From positions 1 to 42,147 of the IMG/VR virus record IMGVR_UViG_3300037419_000962: a DNA stretch of 42,147 bases; one strand, given 5' to 3'. Position 1 is the first letter of the stretch, and each line of letters begins with the position of its first letter. The translations under genes and the position numbers were made by a program. Shown here piece after piece: positions 16,955-24,371 of this stretch. The notes beneath the pieces are model-generated. The model saw nothing but the letters and a program-made list of their open reading frames with translations. It did not search any database and had not been told where the DNA came from. Source of the DNA: a virus. Its lineage: Duplodnaviria; Caudoviricetes.

Positions 16955-17193
16955 CCCCGGCTCCCGTTGATATGCGCCCGCTCCTGCACCGCAAGGTGAG
17001 AGGACATGAAGTCATCGGACTGGTAGGCAGGCTTGCCGCGCCAGCCGCAAGAGCAAGTTGGCGTAGTCGAATCGGAGATGCCGCCTCCGGTGGACTCGCG
17101 CTTGAGAACGTGAGCTGGGCGAGCCCCGAGCGCTGCTTGTGCAATGCCGGACAGGAATGCAGCCGGGTCCAGAGAGGGGATGCGAGCGTTCAT
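16951..17193 (-). CDS. Hypothetical protein with CSCGW..H..H zinc-finger-like motif
   Basis: Coupled ORF. Confidence 0.6.
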   Translation of the reverse strand: MNARIPSLDPAAFLSGIAQAALGARPAHVLKRESTGGGISDSTTPTCSCGWRGKPAYQSDDFMSSHLAVQERAHINGSRG

Positions 17194-17579
17194 GCGGCCT
17201 CCGATGCTGGCGGCACAAGCCCAAGGACTTGGCGGGCCAGATCGCGCGCACGCAGGCCCTTTGGCGTGACCATGCCCATATCCAACACGAGTTCGGCGAG
17301 ATTGCGCGCAGCAAATCCGTGAAGCTGCGAGTACACAGTCATGCCGTCACGAATCTTTTCCTCGAACACCTTGGCGTCCACGGTGGGCGCGTTGTAGCCG
17401 CCTACGCCGAGCGAGCACGCCAGCGAGCGCAGCGCTTCCTCTGCCGGGGTCTCATTGGCGAGCGCGCCTTCGGGCAGAGCCGTCTGTAGGTCGCAAGCAC
17501 CGGAGGCTTGGGCAAAATTTGCCTTATCTGACTTCGGCATTCCCGCTTCTTCTACTGAGGGTAGGAGGCTGCTGTTCAT
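17190..17579 (-). CDS. Hypothetical protein
   Basis: ATGA overlaps on both sides. Confidence 0.55.
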   Translation of the reverse strand: MNSSLLPSVEEAGMPKSDKANFAQASGACDLQTALPEGALANETPAEEALRSLACSLGVGGYNAPTVDAKVFEEKIRDGMTVYSQLHGFAARNLAELVLDMGMVTPKGLRARDLARQVLGLVPPASEAA

Positions 17580-17854
17580 GCGGCACTCCCGGTGGTCTTG
17601 GCGAGGACGGCGCTCGGGGTGCCGCGCCAGTTGACCGTGACGAGCCCGCGCGCCTCCAGCGCCTCGATGGTCTGCGTACCAACGTAGTCGGCGGCGTCGG
17701 GAACGTGATCCCTTCCGGCTGGAGTCCAATACCCGCCAGGCCGGCGCAGGACCGTGCCGCCTCCCTGTTCGATCAGCCGCAAAGCGGCTTCCATCGTCGG
17801 GCTCAGGCGCCGCCCTTTCGTGTGCTGCGTAACTTCTGAGGGTAGGTTGGACAT
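17576..17854 (-). CDS. First gene of leftward early operon; winged-helix-like hypothetical protein
   Basis: SD AGGAG directly after PL; GTQTIEALEARGLV. Confidence 0.65.
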   Translation of the reverse strand: MSNLPSEVTQHTKGRRLSPTMEAALRLIEQGGGTVLRRPGGYWTPAGRDHVPDAADYVGTQTIEALEARGLVTVNWRGTPSAVLAKTTGSAA

Positions 17855-17880
17855 GGCGGGCTCCTGTTGCGATTGAGTGA

Positions 17881-17923
17881 AGATTAGCGGACAGCTAACC
17901 TTCTGTCAATAGCCCCCAGCTAA
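17881..17923 (-). promoter_or_regulatory. PL promoter with two repressor operators (OL)
   Basis: TTGACA(17909-17904)-17 bp-TAATCT(17886-17881); TTAGCGGACAGCTAA 17884-17898 and ATAGCCCCCAGCTAA 17909-17923. Confidence 0.85.
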
Positions 17924-17965
17924 TTATTGAGCCAGTGTTAACCCTATGTGCGCCATTCAGGCAAC

Positions 17966-17988
17966 AAAAAACCCGCCGAAGCGGGTTT
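17966..17988 (-). terminator. Intrinsic terminator insulating PL from the P63C gene
   Basis: AAACCCGC-TTCG-GCGGGTTTTTT on minus strand. Confidence 0.85.
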
Positions 17989-18008
17989 GGTGGGGGAGGG
18001 CGGCGGAC

Positions 18009-19049
18009 TTATCGGGGATCCAGGGCTAGGGCCAAGTTTTCGCCCTTCTTCGGATACGCACGCTTGAAGAACGCCAGGAATGACTCCCAATCGGCGTGTG
18101 CCCGCATTGCACCGATGGTGGCATACATGTGTTGAGCCAAAGCCGGGTGGCCAATGTTCTCAGTGAGCCATTGGGTGTGCTTCGACTTGCGCCGGCCGTG
18201 TCCATCAGATGGATTTCGCTTCTGCAGTTCCTCGAGGACGCCCGGCCCAAGCCTGTCATAAACAAGATCGTTGATGTATTTGCCAACGACTCCCGGCCGC
18301 TGGCTTGTGCCCTTCCACTCCCAACCCTTGAGCCTGAACATCTCGCGGAAAAAATCATCGGGGAACATCTTGACCCACGCGGCCAGTTCTTTCCGAAGAA
18401 AACGCTCCAAGAACAGTTGCAGCGCGTCCCGGGCGCGGACCTCTTGGTAACCAGTGGCTTCATCTACGAGAGCCACAATGCCAGTCTCCGCCAAGCCTCG
18501 CACCAGCATGTCCGCCTTTTCCGCAATGCGGCGCTGGGTTGGGGCTAGCAGCTTTTGATCCCTTGCCTTCAGGTAGATATTGCATACCTGCGGGAGGGCT
18601 TCAGCTCGGAAGCCGTACGCCACGCCGCCGCCAGGCCGGCGGAATTTCAACGGCCTTGTCGACTCAACAATTTCTTTGGAAATCAATGGCTTAAGGTTGC
18701 TAGCGGCCAAAAATGCCGGCAGCACGTCGACCTCGCCAGGTTGGTGCCCCGCAGCACCAGTGCCGCCCTTGGCTTTGGGCGCGCGACCTAGCGCAAAAAG
18801 GAACCCTTCCTGCGTGAGTACACGCGTTCCGTCGCTCAGCACGTAGCAGGGGATTTCCGTATCAAGAATGCGTAGCGGCCGGTCGCTCGAGCCATATTCG
18901 GCCGTTGGCAGCTTGGGTTCGTCTTTTTTGGCTTGCTTGGCAAGCGCCCCTTTGCGAGCGATCGCGCTTCGCTCCGCTGGAGTGAGCTTGGCGGCCCGCG
19001 CTACACCGCCGCGCGCACGCCCTACGGGCTCATCATTTTCGAGTTCCAT
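18009..19049 (-). CDS. P63C-domain protein
   Basis: EIPCYVLSDGTRVL N-terminal region and GIVALVDEATGYQ...WVKMFPDDFF...VYDRL..GVLEEL C-terminal domain; ATG 19049 (TTG 19058 alternative). Confidence 0.85.
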   Translation of the reverse strand: MELENDEPVGRARGGVARAAKLTPAERSAIARKGALAKQAKKDEPKLPTAEYGSSDRPLRILDTEIPCYVLSDGTRVLTQEGFLFALGRAPKAKGGTGAAGHQPGEVDVLPAFLAASNLKPLISKEIVESTRPLKFRRPGGGVAYGFRAEALPQVCNIYLKARDQKLLAPTQRRIAEKADMLVRGLAETGIVALVDEATGYQEVRARDALQLFLERFLRKELAAWVKMFPDDFFREMFRLKGWEWKGTSQRPGVVGKYINDLVYDRLGPGVLEELQKRNPSDGHGRRKSKHTQWLTENIGHPALAQHMYATIGAMRAHADWESFLAFFKRAYPKKGENLALALDPR

Positions 19050-19051
19050 TG

Positions 19052-19133
19052 CAAGCAACCTTTTTCAAGTAAGTGCTTGTATTCTGCCATTGATGAGATT
19101 AAATGCAAGCGCATTAGAGGGCTGAGGTGCTTG
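19052..19133. promoter_or_regulatory. Two dyads CAAGC(A/G)-N16-TGCTTG upstream of the P63C gene
   Basis: 19052-19079 and 19106-19133. Confidence 0.55.
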
Positions 19134-19140
19134 CGTGTCG

Positions 19141-19431
19141 TCACCTGCCGCACTCCAGGCGTTCCCACTTGTCCTTCGCCTTCCCCTCGGCAATCGTCTG
19201 GTACTGCATGTTCTCGGGCCGATCGGCGCCTCCGCAGGCTAGCGGCTTGATGTGGTCGATCACGTAGCCCTTGCACGGCCCCTTTGTGGCTCCGTTGGCG
19301 GGGCAGGGGTGCTCCTTCTTGAACTCCACCTTGGCGCTCTGGCTGCGCTTGATGCGAGCTTCTGCCGGCGCGGCTGCGAAGGCCAGCGCCAGGCAGAGGA
19401 GGGCCCACCGGCCACGCGCCGCTAGTTGCAC
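19141..19431 (-). CDS. Small HNH endonuclease with N-terminal signal peptide
   Basis: RGRWALLCLALAFAAAPAEA signal-like segment; CP..C.GYVIDHIKPLACGGAD...NMQ HNH motif; start uncertain (GTG 19431). Confidence 0.75.
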   Translation of the reverse strand: MQLAARGRWALLCLALAFAAAPAEARIKRSQSAKVEFKKEHPCPANGATKGPCKGYVIDHIKPLACGGADRPENMQYQTIAEGKAKDKWERLECGR

Positions 19432-20054
19432 GTGGTTTGGTATTGGTTGCCGTAACGGTTCGTGTTGCAGATGGTGGACTGCGGCATCGGCGTGAAAGGG
19501 ACTGGTTGCGGCTTGAGCATCTGCATCATGAGCATGGTGTTGGCCGCGCTCGCCGCTTGGTTTGCCTGTGCTTGCTGTCGGGCGGCATTGCTTTCGCGCT
19601 GCTGCGCGGCAAAGTCGGCCTTCAGGGCGATGCTCAATTCTTTCCGTTTGCGCGTGTACTCGCCGAAGCTGATTTCTCCGCCGTACAGCTGCGCCTGCAG
19701 AATCAAGCTCTTCTGTAGGCCGGCGTCGAACGCTTGCGAAACGTACGCCGGCATATTGCGCGCTCTGAAGTCTCGGCCAGCTTCCGTACAAGTCTGTCGC
19801 TGTGCCGCCCACAGGCTGATCAGTCGCTTCTCTTCGTCGTTTGGCTTACTTGCGTTGGTCATCATCTGGATCGTCGCGGCTTCCGCATGAGTCGTGGAAC
19901 CGATTTTTGGCAGCAAGGGCGCAAACCGCGCGTCCGCCTCCAATTGCTTGAAGCACGCGACTGATGGGTCATCTGTCCATGAGACCTGCTGGTGCGTGTT
20001 AGCTGCGCAGCCGGTAAGCAGGGCTGCGGCGAGCGCGATCGATAACGGTTGCAT
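19422..20054 (-). CDS. Lipoprotein (210 aa)
   Basis: SD AGGAGG; MQPLSIALAAALLTG-C lipobox; C-terminal CNTNRYGNQYQTTCN. Confidence 0.8.
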   Translation of the reverse strand: MQPLSIALAAALLTGCAANTHQQVSWTDDPSVACFKQLEADARFAPLLPKIGSTTHAEAATIQMMTNASKPNDEEKRLISLWAAQRQTCTEAGRDFRARNMPAYVSQAFDAGLQKSLILQAQLYGGEISFGEYTRKRKELSIALKADFAAQQRESNAARQQAQANQAASAANTMLMMQMLKPQPVPFTPMPQSTICNTNRYGNQYQTTCN

Positions 20055-20228
20055 TGGTTCCCTCCTAAAAAGCCACGCGATCCTCACGGGCGCGGTACTG
20101 CTTATGGGTACTTTGTGCATCTAATGGACACACAAGTTGCAGACGACCAATTCACTCCCCTAAATTCGCGGGAACAGACCTCGGTCTGAACTGGTAGATT
20201 GAGGCGGAGCCCCGGTCGGGCTCAAATT

Positions 20229-20624
20229 TCATGAGTTGGCGCTTCGCTGGTAGCCCGACAATTTTCCCGACGCCGGGACGGAGCCGTTCTCATCGAGCAG
20301 GAATTTTTTGAGCGCACCTTGCAGCTCTAGGCGCTTGTCACGGTCCAGCCTCTCGACCGCCGCGAGTAGCCCAATGTCCGGAAACGGCCATTGGTCGAAG
20401 TCAGTGTCCATCCAGCCCTCCGGTTTGCCGTAGGTCCGCTCCATCAGGCGGGCGGCCTTGCTGTCGATTGCCTCTCGCTTGCCGTTTTCCAGCTGCCAGG
20501 CATAGACCTTCGAGATCCCGAGGCCGCGCGCGATCTCGACGGGGCGAATTGTCTCCCGGTCGCCGCGCAGCTCATCCCGCAGCCGCCTGTAGTTAGCCAT
20601 ACGAATGGCCTCAATGGTCTTCAC
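20229..20624 (-). CDS. CI-like repressor (XRE HTH, no S24 peptidase domain)
   Basis: EIARGLGISKVYAWQLENG..ARLMERTYGKPEGWMD; divergent from cro with operators between; start GTG 20624 or ATG 20651. Confidence 0.82.
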   Translation of the reverse strand: MKTIEAIRMANYRRLRDELRGDRETIRPVEIARGLGISKVYAWQLENGKREAIDSKAARLMERTYGKPEGWMDTDFDQWPFPDIGLLAAVERLDRDKRLELQGALKKFLLDENGSVPASGKLSGYQRSANS

Positions 20625-20633
20625 GGGAACAGG

Positions 20634-20699
20634 GTAGCTAGCAGCGAACATAAAAATTAGCGGACAGTTATTGCAAAGCTGTTAGCGGTCGGCTAACAT
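20634..20699. promoter_or_regulatory. OR operators and PR promoter
   Basis: TTAGCGGTCGGCTAA 20682-20696, TTAGCGGACAGTTAT 20657-20671, weaker GTAGCTAGCAGCGAA 20634-20648; TTGCAA(20671)-17-TAACAT(20694). Confidence 0.82.
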
Positions 20700-20705
20700 T
20701 CGTCC

Positions 20706-20960
20706 ATGAACCTACGCGACCTCTACCAATCGCTCAGCACGGAGGAGCGGGAGGCGTTCGCCGAGAGGGTTGGAATTAAGCCAGGCTACCTGTGGCAGAT
20801 CGCCACGCAGTGGAAGGGCAAAAAGCCGTCCCTAGACCTCCTCAAGAAGATTGCGGACTCGCACCCGAAGCTCACTGTTTCCGGTTTGGTGGGCGAATTC
20901 ACGGACGAAGAGCCGGCCACGCGCGCCCCAGAAGCCAGCGACAAGCAGGGCGCGCACTAA
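20706..20960 (+). CDS. Cro-like HTH protein
   Basis: REAFAERVGIKPGYLWQIA; divergent from cI. Confidence 0.82.
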   Translation: MNLRDLYQSLSTEEREAFAERVGIKPGYLWQIATQWKGKKPSLDLLKKIADSHPKLTVSGLVGEFTDEEPATRAPEASDKQGAH

Positions 20961-20972
20961 GCGCCGCACGCC

Positions 20973-21197
20973 ATGAGCCGCACTGGATACCTGTTGCCCG
21001 AACTGCAGAGCCAGAGCGTGTGCCATGCGTGCCACCGAATGAACCAGACAGCGGCACTCGTGGAAATCGCTGAATGCGAGGACCGTGGGGATTGCGTGGT
21101 CGCACCCAAGGGCAGCGCCTACGTCATTGACGCCGCATCGCCTGCGATTGGATGTGAATTGCTGAGCCATGCCGCCGATTGTTTTGCCCGGCATTGA
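20973..21197 (+). CDS. Hypothetical protein (doubtful)
   Basis: Fills the cro-cII gap but has no SD. Confidence 0.3.
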   Translation: MSRTGYLLPELQSQSVCHACHRMNQTAALVEIAECEDRGDCVVAPKGSAYVIDAASPAIGCELLSHAADCFARH

Positions 21198-21213
21198 TAA
21201 CCACGGATAACCA

Positions 21214-21588
21214 ATGAAATCACCAGTTATCAGCGAGCGCGAAGGGCAACTGACCCTGAGCTTTGAGCCGGGCCTGAGCGAGCGTTACCAGAGCCTGCGC
21301 GACTGCGTTGCGGCCTGCATCTACCGGCAGGGGCTGACCAATGTGGCAATCGACTTGGACAAGGCTCCGGGCAACCTGTCCGTGGAGCTGAGCGCAGATC
21401 CTTCGCGCAAATTCAGCGTGGACAGCCTGGAACAGTACATCACGAAGAACAAGGACACCACGCCGATCTACTACCTGATCGACAAATTCCTGAACGACAA
21501 AGGGCAGGCGCAGCACGCCGCAATGGCGCAACTGGCCCCGGTGTTGAAACAGCTCGCGCCGCTGATGAAGCAGGCCGGCTTGATCTGA
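21214..21588 (+). CDS. CII-like regulator
   Basis: Position after cro; HTH-like VAIDLDKAPGNLSVELS. Confidence 0.6.
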   Translation: MKSPVISEREGQLTLSFEPGLSERYQSLRDCVAACIYRQGLTNVAIDLDKAPGNLSVELSADPSRKFSVDSLEQYITKNKDTTPIYYLIDKFLNDKGQAQHAAMAQLAPVLKQLAPLMKQAGLI

Positions 21589-21600
21589 AAGGGCGTTCAC

Positions 21601-21930
21601 ATGGCCCCTGTGTCAATCCCCGAAGCCTCCAGCTTGGAATCCGCGGAGGCGAGTTTTGCGCAAGTAGCCGATAGCGAGCGTCGTCCTCTCCTGATGGATT
21701 TTGTAGGAGCAGGCGCACACGGCCAGATCACGGACGAAGAGCGCGAGCTGCACATCCGAGCCGCCGGCCAGTTGATGCAAGAGGCAATGGCCCGCTGGGA
21801 AGCCGAGGGCAACTTCATGGACCGCGGCGATGCGGCGTACTGGCTTCGCATCCAGAACGAGGCCATCAAGGGACGCAGCGCGGCCCAGGTGGCACGCATG
21901 GAAGCAGATCGGGGGCTCAATGGCCGGTGA
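21601..21930 (+). CDS. Hypothetical protein
   Basis: Ends RSAAQVARMEADRGL; overlaps initiator start. Confidence 0.6.
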   Translation: MAPVSIPEASSLESAEASFAQVADSERRPLLMDFVGAGAHGQITDEERELHIRAAGQLMQEAMARWEAEGNFMDRGDAAYWLRIQNEAIKGRSAAQVARMEADRGLNGR

Positions 21931-22609
21931 CTGGATCAAGATGCGGGCCGACCTGCACACGCATCCGAAAGTTGTCCGCATCTCGTCCGCATTGAAAGCG
22001 GACAGATTGCGCGTGATCGGCGGACTACATGCGGTCTGGTGTCTGTTCGATGTCCATTCTGTGGACGGATCTTTGTCCGGTTATACGCCGCAAGCTGTCG
22101 ATGAAATGATCGGGTTCCCCGGATTTTCGGACGTTATGGCGCAGGTCAAATGGCTCGAGATACTGGCCGATGGCCTTGCGCTTCCAGAGTTCGAAGAGCA
22201 CAACGGACAGAGTGCAAAACGCCGCGCACTAGAGACGCAACGCAAACGCCGAGAGCGCGAAGAAGAGCAGGCGGAAGCTGACCGCATCGCGTCCGCATCA
22301 CATGCGGACAAAAAGCGGGCCAGAGAAGAGAAGAGAAGAGAAGAGAAAGATATAGGAGCGAAGCCCCAAAAACGGAAGTCTCTGATCCCCGAAGACTTTG
22401 CCCCCAACGAGACCGGGCAGGCTTCGGCAACTGGCGCAGGGCTGAACCTCACGCGGGAGGTTGAGAACTTCCGCAACCACCACAAGGCCAAGGGCACGGA
22501 AATGCTCGACTGGCAGGCTGCGTGGCGCACGTGGGTCGGGAAGGCTGTCGAGTTCGGACGCGGCAAGCCGGGCAACGACGACCCCTACGGCCTGAAGGGT
22601 GCGCTATGA
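21920..22609 (+). CDS. Replication initiator (lambda O-like)
   Basis: MAGDWIKMRADLHTHPKV N-terminus, REEKRREE linker, C-terminal DWQAAWRTW. Confidence 0.8.
   Translation: MAGDWIKMRADLHTHPKVVRISSALKADRLRVIGGLHAVWCLFDVHSVDGSLSGYTPQAVDEMIGFPGFSDVMAQVKWLEILADGLALPEFEEHNGQSAKRRALETQRKRREREEEQAEADRIASASHADKKRAREEKRREEKDIGAKPQKRKSLIPEDFAPNETGQASATGAGLNLTREVENFRNHHKAKGTEMLDWQAAWRTWVGKAVEFGRGKPGNDDPYGLKGAL
22280..22350. other. Candidate replication origin inside initiator gene
   Basis: GTCCGCAT-cac-ATGCGGAC inverted repeat (22291-22309), followed by purine-only (AGAGA)n tract; further GTCCGCA/GCGGACA copies at 21974-22004. Confidence 0.45.
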
Positions 22610-23025
22610 GCCAGCTCGACGCCATGCTCTCGCGCCTAACGCAGGTCAAAGGCCGCAACGGCAACTACGTCGCCTGCTGCCCAGCCCACGAGGATCGCAA
22701 GCCTTCGCTAGCCGTGAAAGAAGAGGACGGAAAAATCATCCTGCACTGCTTCGCGGGTTGCTCCGTCGAGAACATCGTCGGCGCTGTCGGGATGGACATG
22801 ACCGACCTTTTTCCCCCCAAGGAAAAAGTGGACTACGCACGCCCCGCGCCCAAGGTCAAGTTCTTCGCCACCGACTTGCTGCGCGTGATTGCGCTGGAGG
22901 CGGCGATCGTGTCTGTTGCCGCCTACGACATGAGCAAGGGAAAGACCTTGCCGCAGCACGACCTGGACCGCCTTCAAGTGGCCTACCAGCGCATCAACAC
23001 CGCAATGGAGTCTGCCAATGGCTAA
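22606..23025 (+). CDS. Primase zinc-binding-domain protein (CHC2-like, no TOPRIM)
   Basis: CCPAHEDRKPSL...LHCFAGC. Confidence 0.8.
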   Translation: MSQLDAMLSRLTQVKGRNGNYVACCPAHEDRKPSLAVKEEDGKIILHCFAGCSVENIVGAVGMDMTDLFPPKEKVDYARPAPKVKFFATDLLRVIALEAAIVSVAAYDMSKGKTLPQHDLDRLQVAYQRINTAMESANG

Positions 23026-23245
23026 GACCATTGAGGTGATCGCCAATCCGATGGATGTGCCTCAGTACCTGGCGTCTAACCATGAACTGTGGTTCGGAAA
23101 TTTACTTCGCAGCGCCGGAGTTCCGCTGTCCGAGAGATCGCTGAAGGAGGGTCCGCGCCGCGGGCGATTGGAGCGCCAAACGCTTGAGGGCGGCTCGGTT
23201 CTATTTCGTTGGACTGACGAGGAGGGCCGCCAATGGCTAGCCTAA
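23018..23245 (+). CDS. Hypothetical protein
   Basis: Between primase ZBD and helicase; flanked by 11-bp direct repeat. Confidence 0.6.
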   Translation: MAKTIEVIANPMDVPQYLASNHELWFGNLLRSAGVPLSERSLKEGPRRGRLERQTLEGGSVLFRWTDEEGRQWLA

Positions 23246-24174
23246 CAAGTGTCGAGAAAACCGCGATCCAACTGGACGAGTTCCGCAAGACTCGTTTGAA
23301 GGAGGCGCCGGTTGATTTCGACGCCTACATGAAGTCGCGGGAAGAGGACAACGCGCTGGTCAAGCCCGCCGAGGACTTCCGCGATGCGCTGCACGAGGAG
23401 TTCTACGGCGCCGACGACACCAAGGGCCTGCTGCTGCCGTGGCACAAGCTGTGGGACAAGTGGCGCATTCGTCACGGTGAATTGACGGTGTGGTCCGGGT
23501 TCAACGGCCACATGAAAAGCATCCTGACCGGCTATGTCCTGCTGGACCTGATGCGCCAGGGCGAGAAGGCTTGCGTCCTGTCGTTCGAGATGAAGCCGCG
23601 CAAGACGCTGCGCCGGATGGCGAAACAGTCGGTGGGCGTGGAGAAGCCGAGCCAGACCTATATCGACAAGTTCCTCGATAGCGTATCCGGCAAGCTGTGG
23701 CTCTATGACCAGCAGGGCGAGACAACGCCCGAGCGGGTCTACGCCGTCATCACGTACTGCGCCGAGCAGCTTGGATGCCGGCAGTTCGTTGTCGATTCGA
23801 TGATGAAGGTAGTCCGCGACGAGGACGACTACAACGGGCAGAAGCGGTTCGCCGGCAAGCTGTATTCGCTGTCTCGCGACCTCAACGTCCACATCCACCT
23901 GGTCACGCACTCCCGCAAGCGCGAGGACGAGAACAAGCGTCCTGGTAAACAGGACAACAAGGGCTCCGGCTCCATCGTGGACCAGACCGACAACTTCGCG
24001 GTGGTCTTCAAGATCCCCAAGAAGCCGGATGTGGTCGATGACGGCCCGGACTTCTGCCTGTACCTGGACAAGCAGCGAGACGGCGAGTTCGAGGGGAACC
24101 TAGCCTTGTGGCTTGACCCGGCCTCGCTTCAGTTCAAGGAGGGCCGCTTCGACAAGGTGCGGCAGTTCGTATGA
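23233..24174 (+). CDS. DnaB-like (SF4) replicative helicase
   Basis: GELTVWSGFNGHMKS, SFEM, VVDS, HLVTHSRK, KGSGSI, KQR motifs. Confidence 0.88.
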   Translation: MASLTSVEKTAIQLDEFRKTRLKEAPVDFDAYMKSREEDNALVKPAEDFRDALHEEFYGADDTKGLLLPWHKLWDKWRIRHGELTVWSGFNGHMKSILTGYVLLDLMRQGEKACVLSFEMKPRKTLRRMAKQSVGVEKPSQTYIDKFLDSVSGKLWLYDQQGETTPERVYAVITYCAEQLGCRQFVVDSMMKVVRDEDDYNGQKRFAGKLYSLSRDLNVHIHLVTHSRKREDENKRPGKQDNKGSGSIVDQTDNFAVVFKIPKKPDVVDDGPDFCLYLDKQRDGEFEGNLALWLDPASLQFKEGRFDKVRQFV

Positions 24175-24371
24175 GCCGCGAATCCAACCGCGCCAAGGCA
24201 CCAACCATCGCCGCCTGGGTGGACGAATACCGCGACATCGCGCCGACCGGCTTCAAGGTGATCTACGCCAGCGAGAACGGCCATGTGCTGGACAAGCGCG
24301 AGAAGGAAGAAAACGCCTTCACCATCCCGGAGAACTACCTGCGGCCGGCTGGAGGGTGGAAACGTGGGTAA
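24171..24371 (+). CDS. Hypothetical protein
   Basis: Coupled ORF; YASENG motif. Confidence 0.65.
   Translation: MSRESNRAKAPTIAAWVDEYRDIAPTGFKVIYASENGHVLDKREKEENAFTIPENYLRPAGGWKRG

Noticed and set aside
22322-22350. (AGAGA)n tract as a contingency/phase-variable repeat
   Set aside because: It encodes the REEKRREE linker common in lambdoid initiator genes, adjacent to the likely origin
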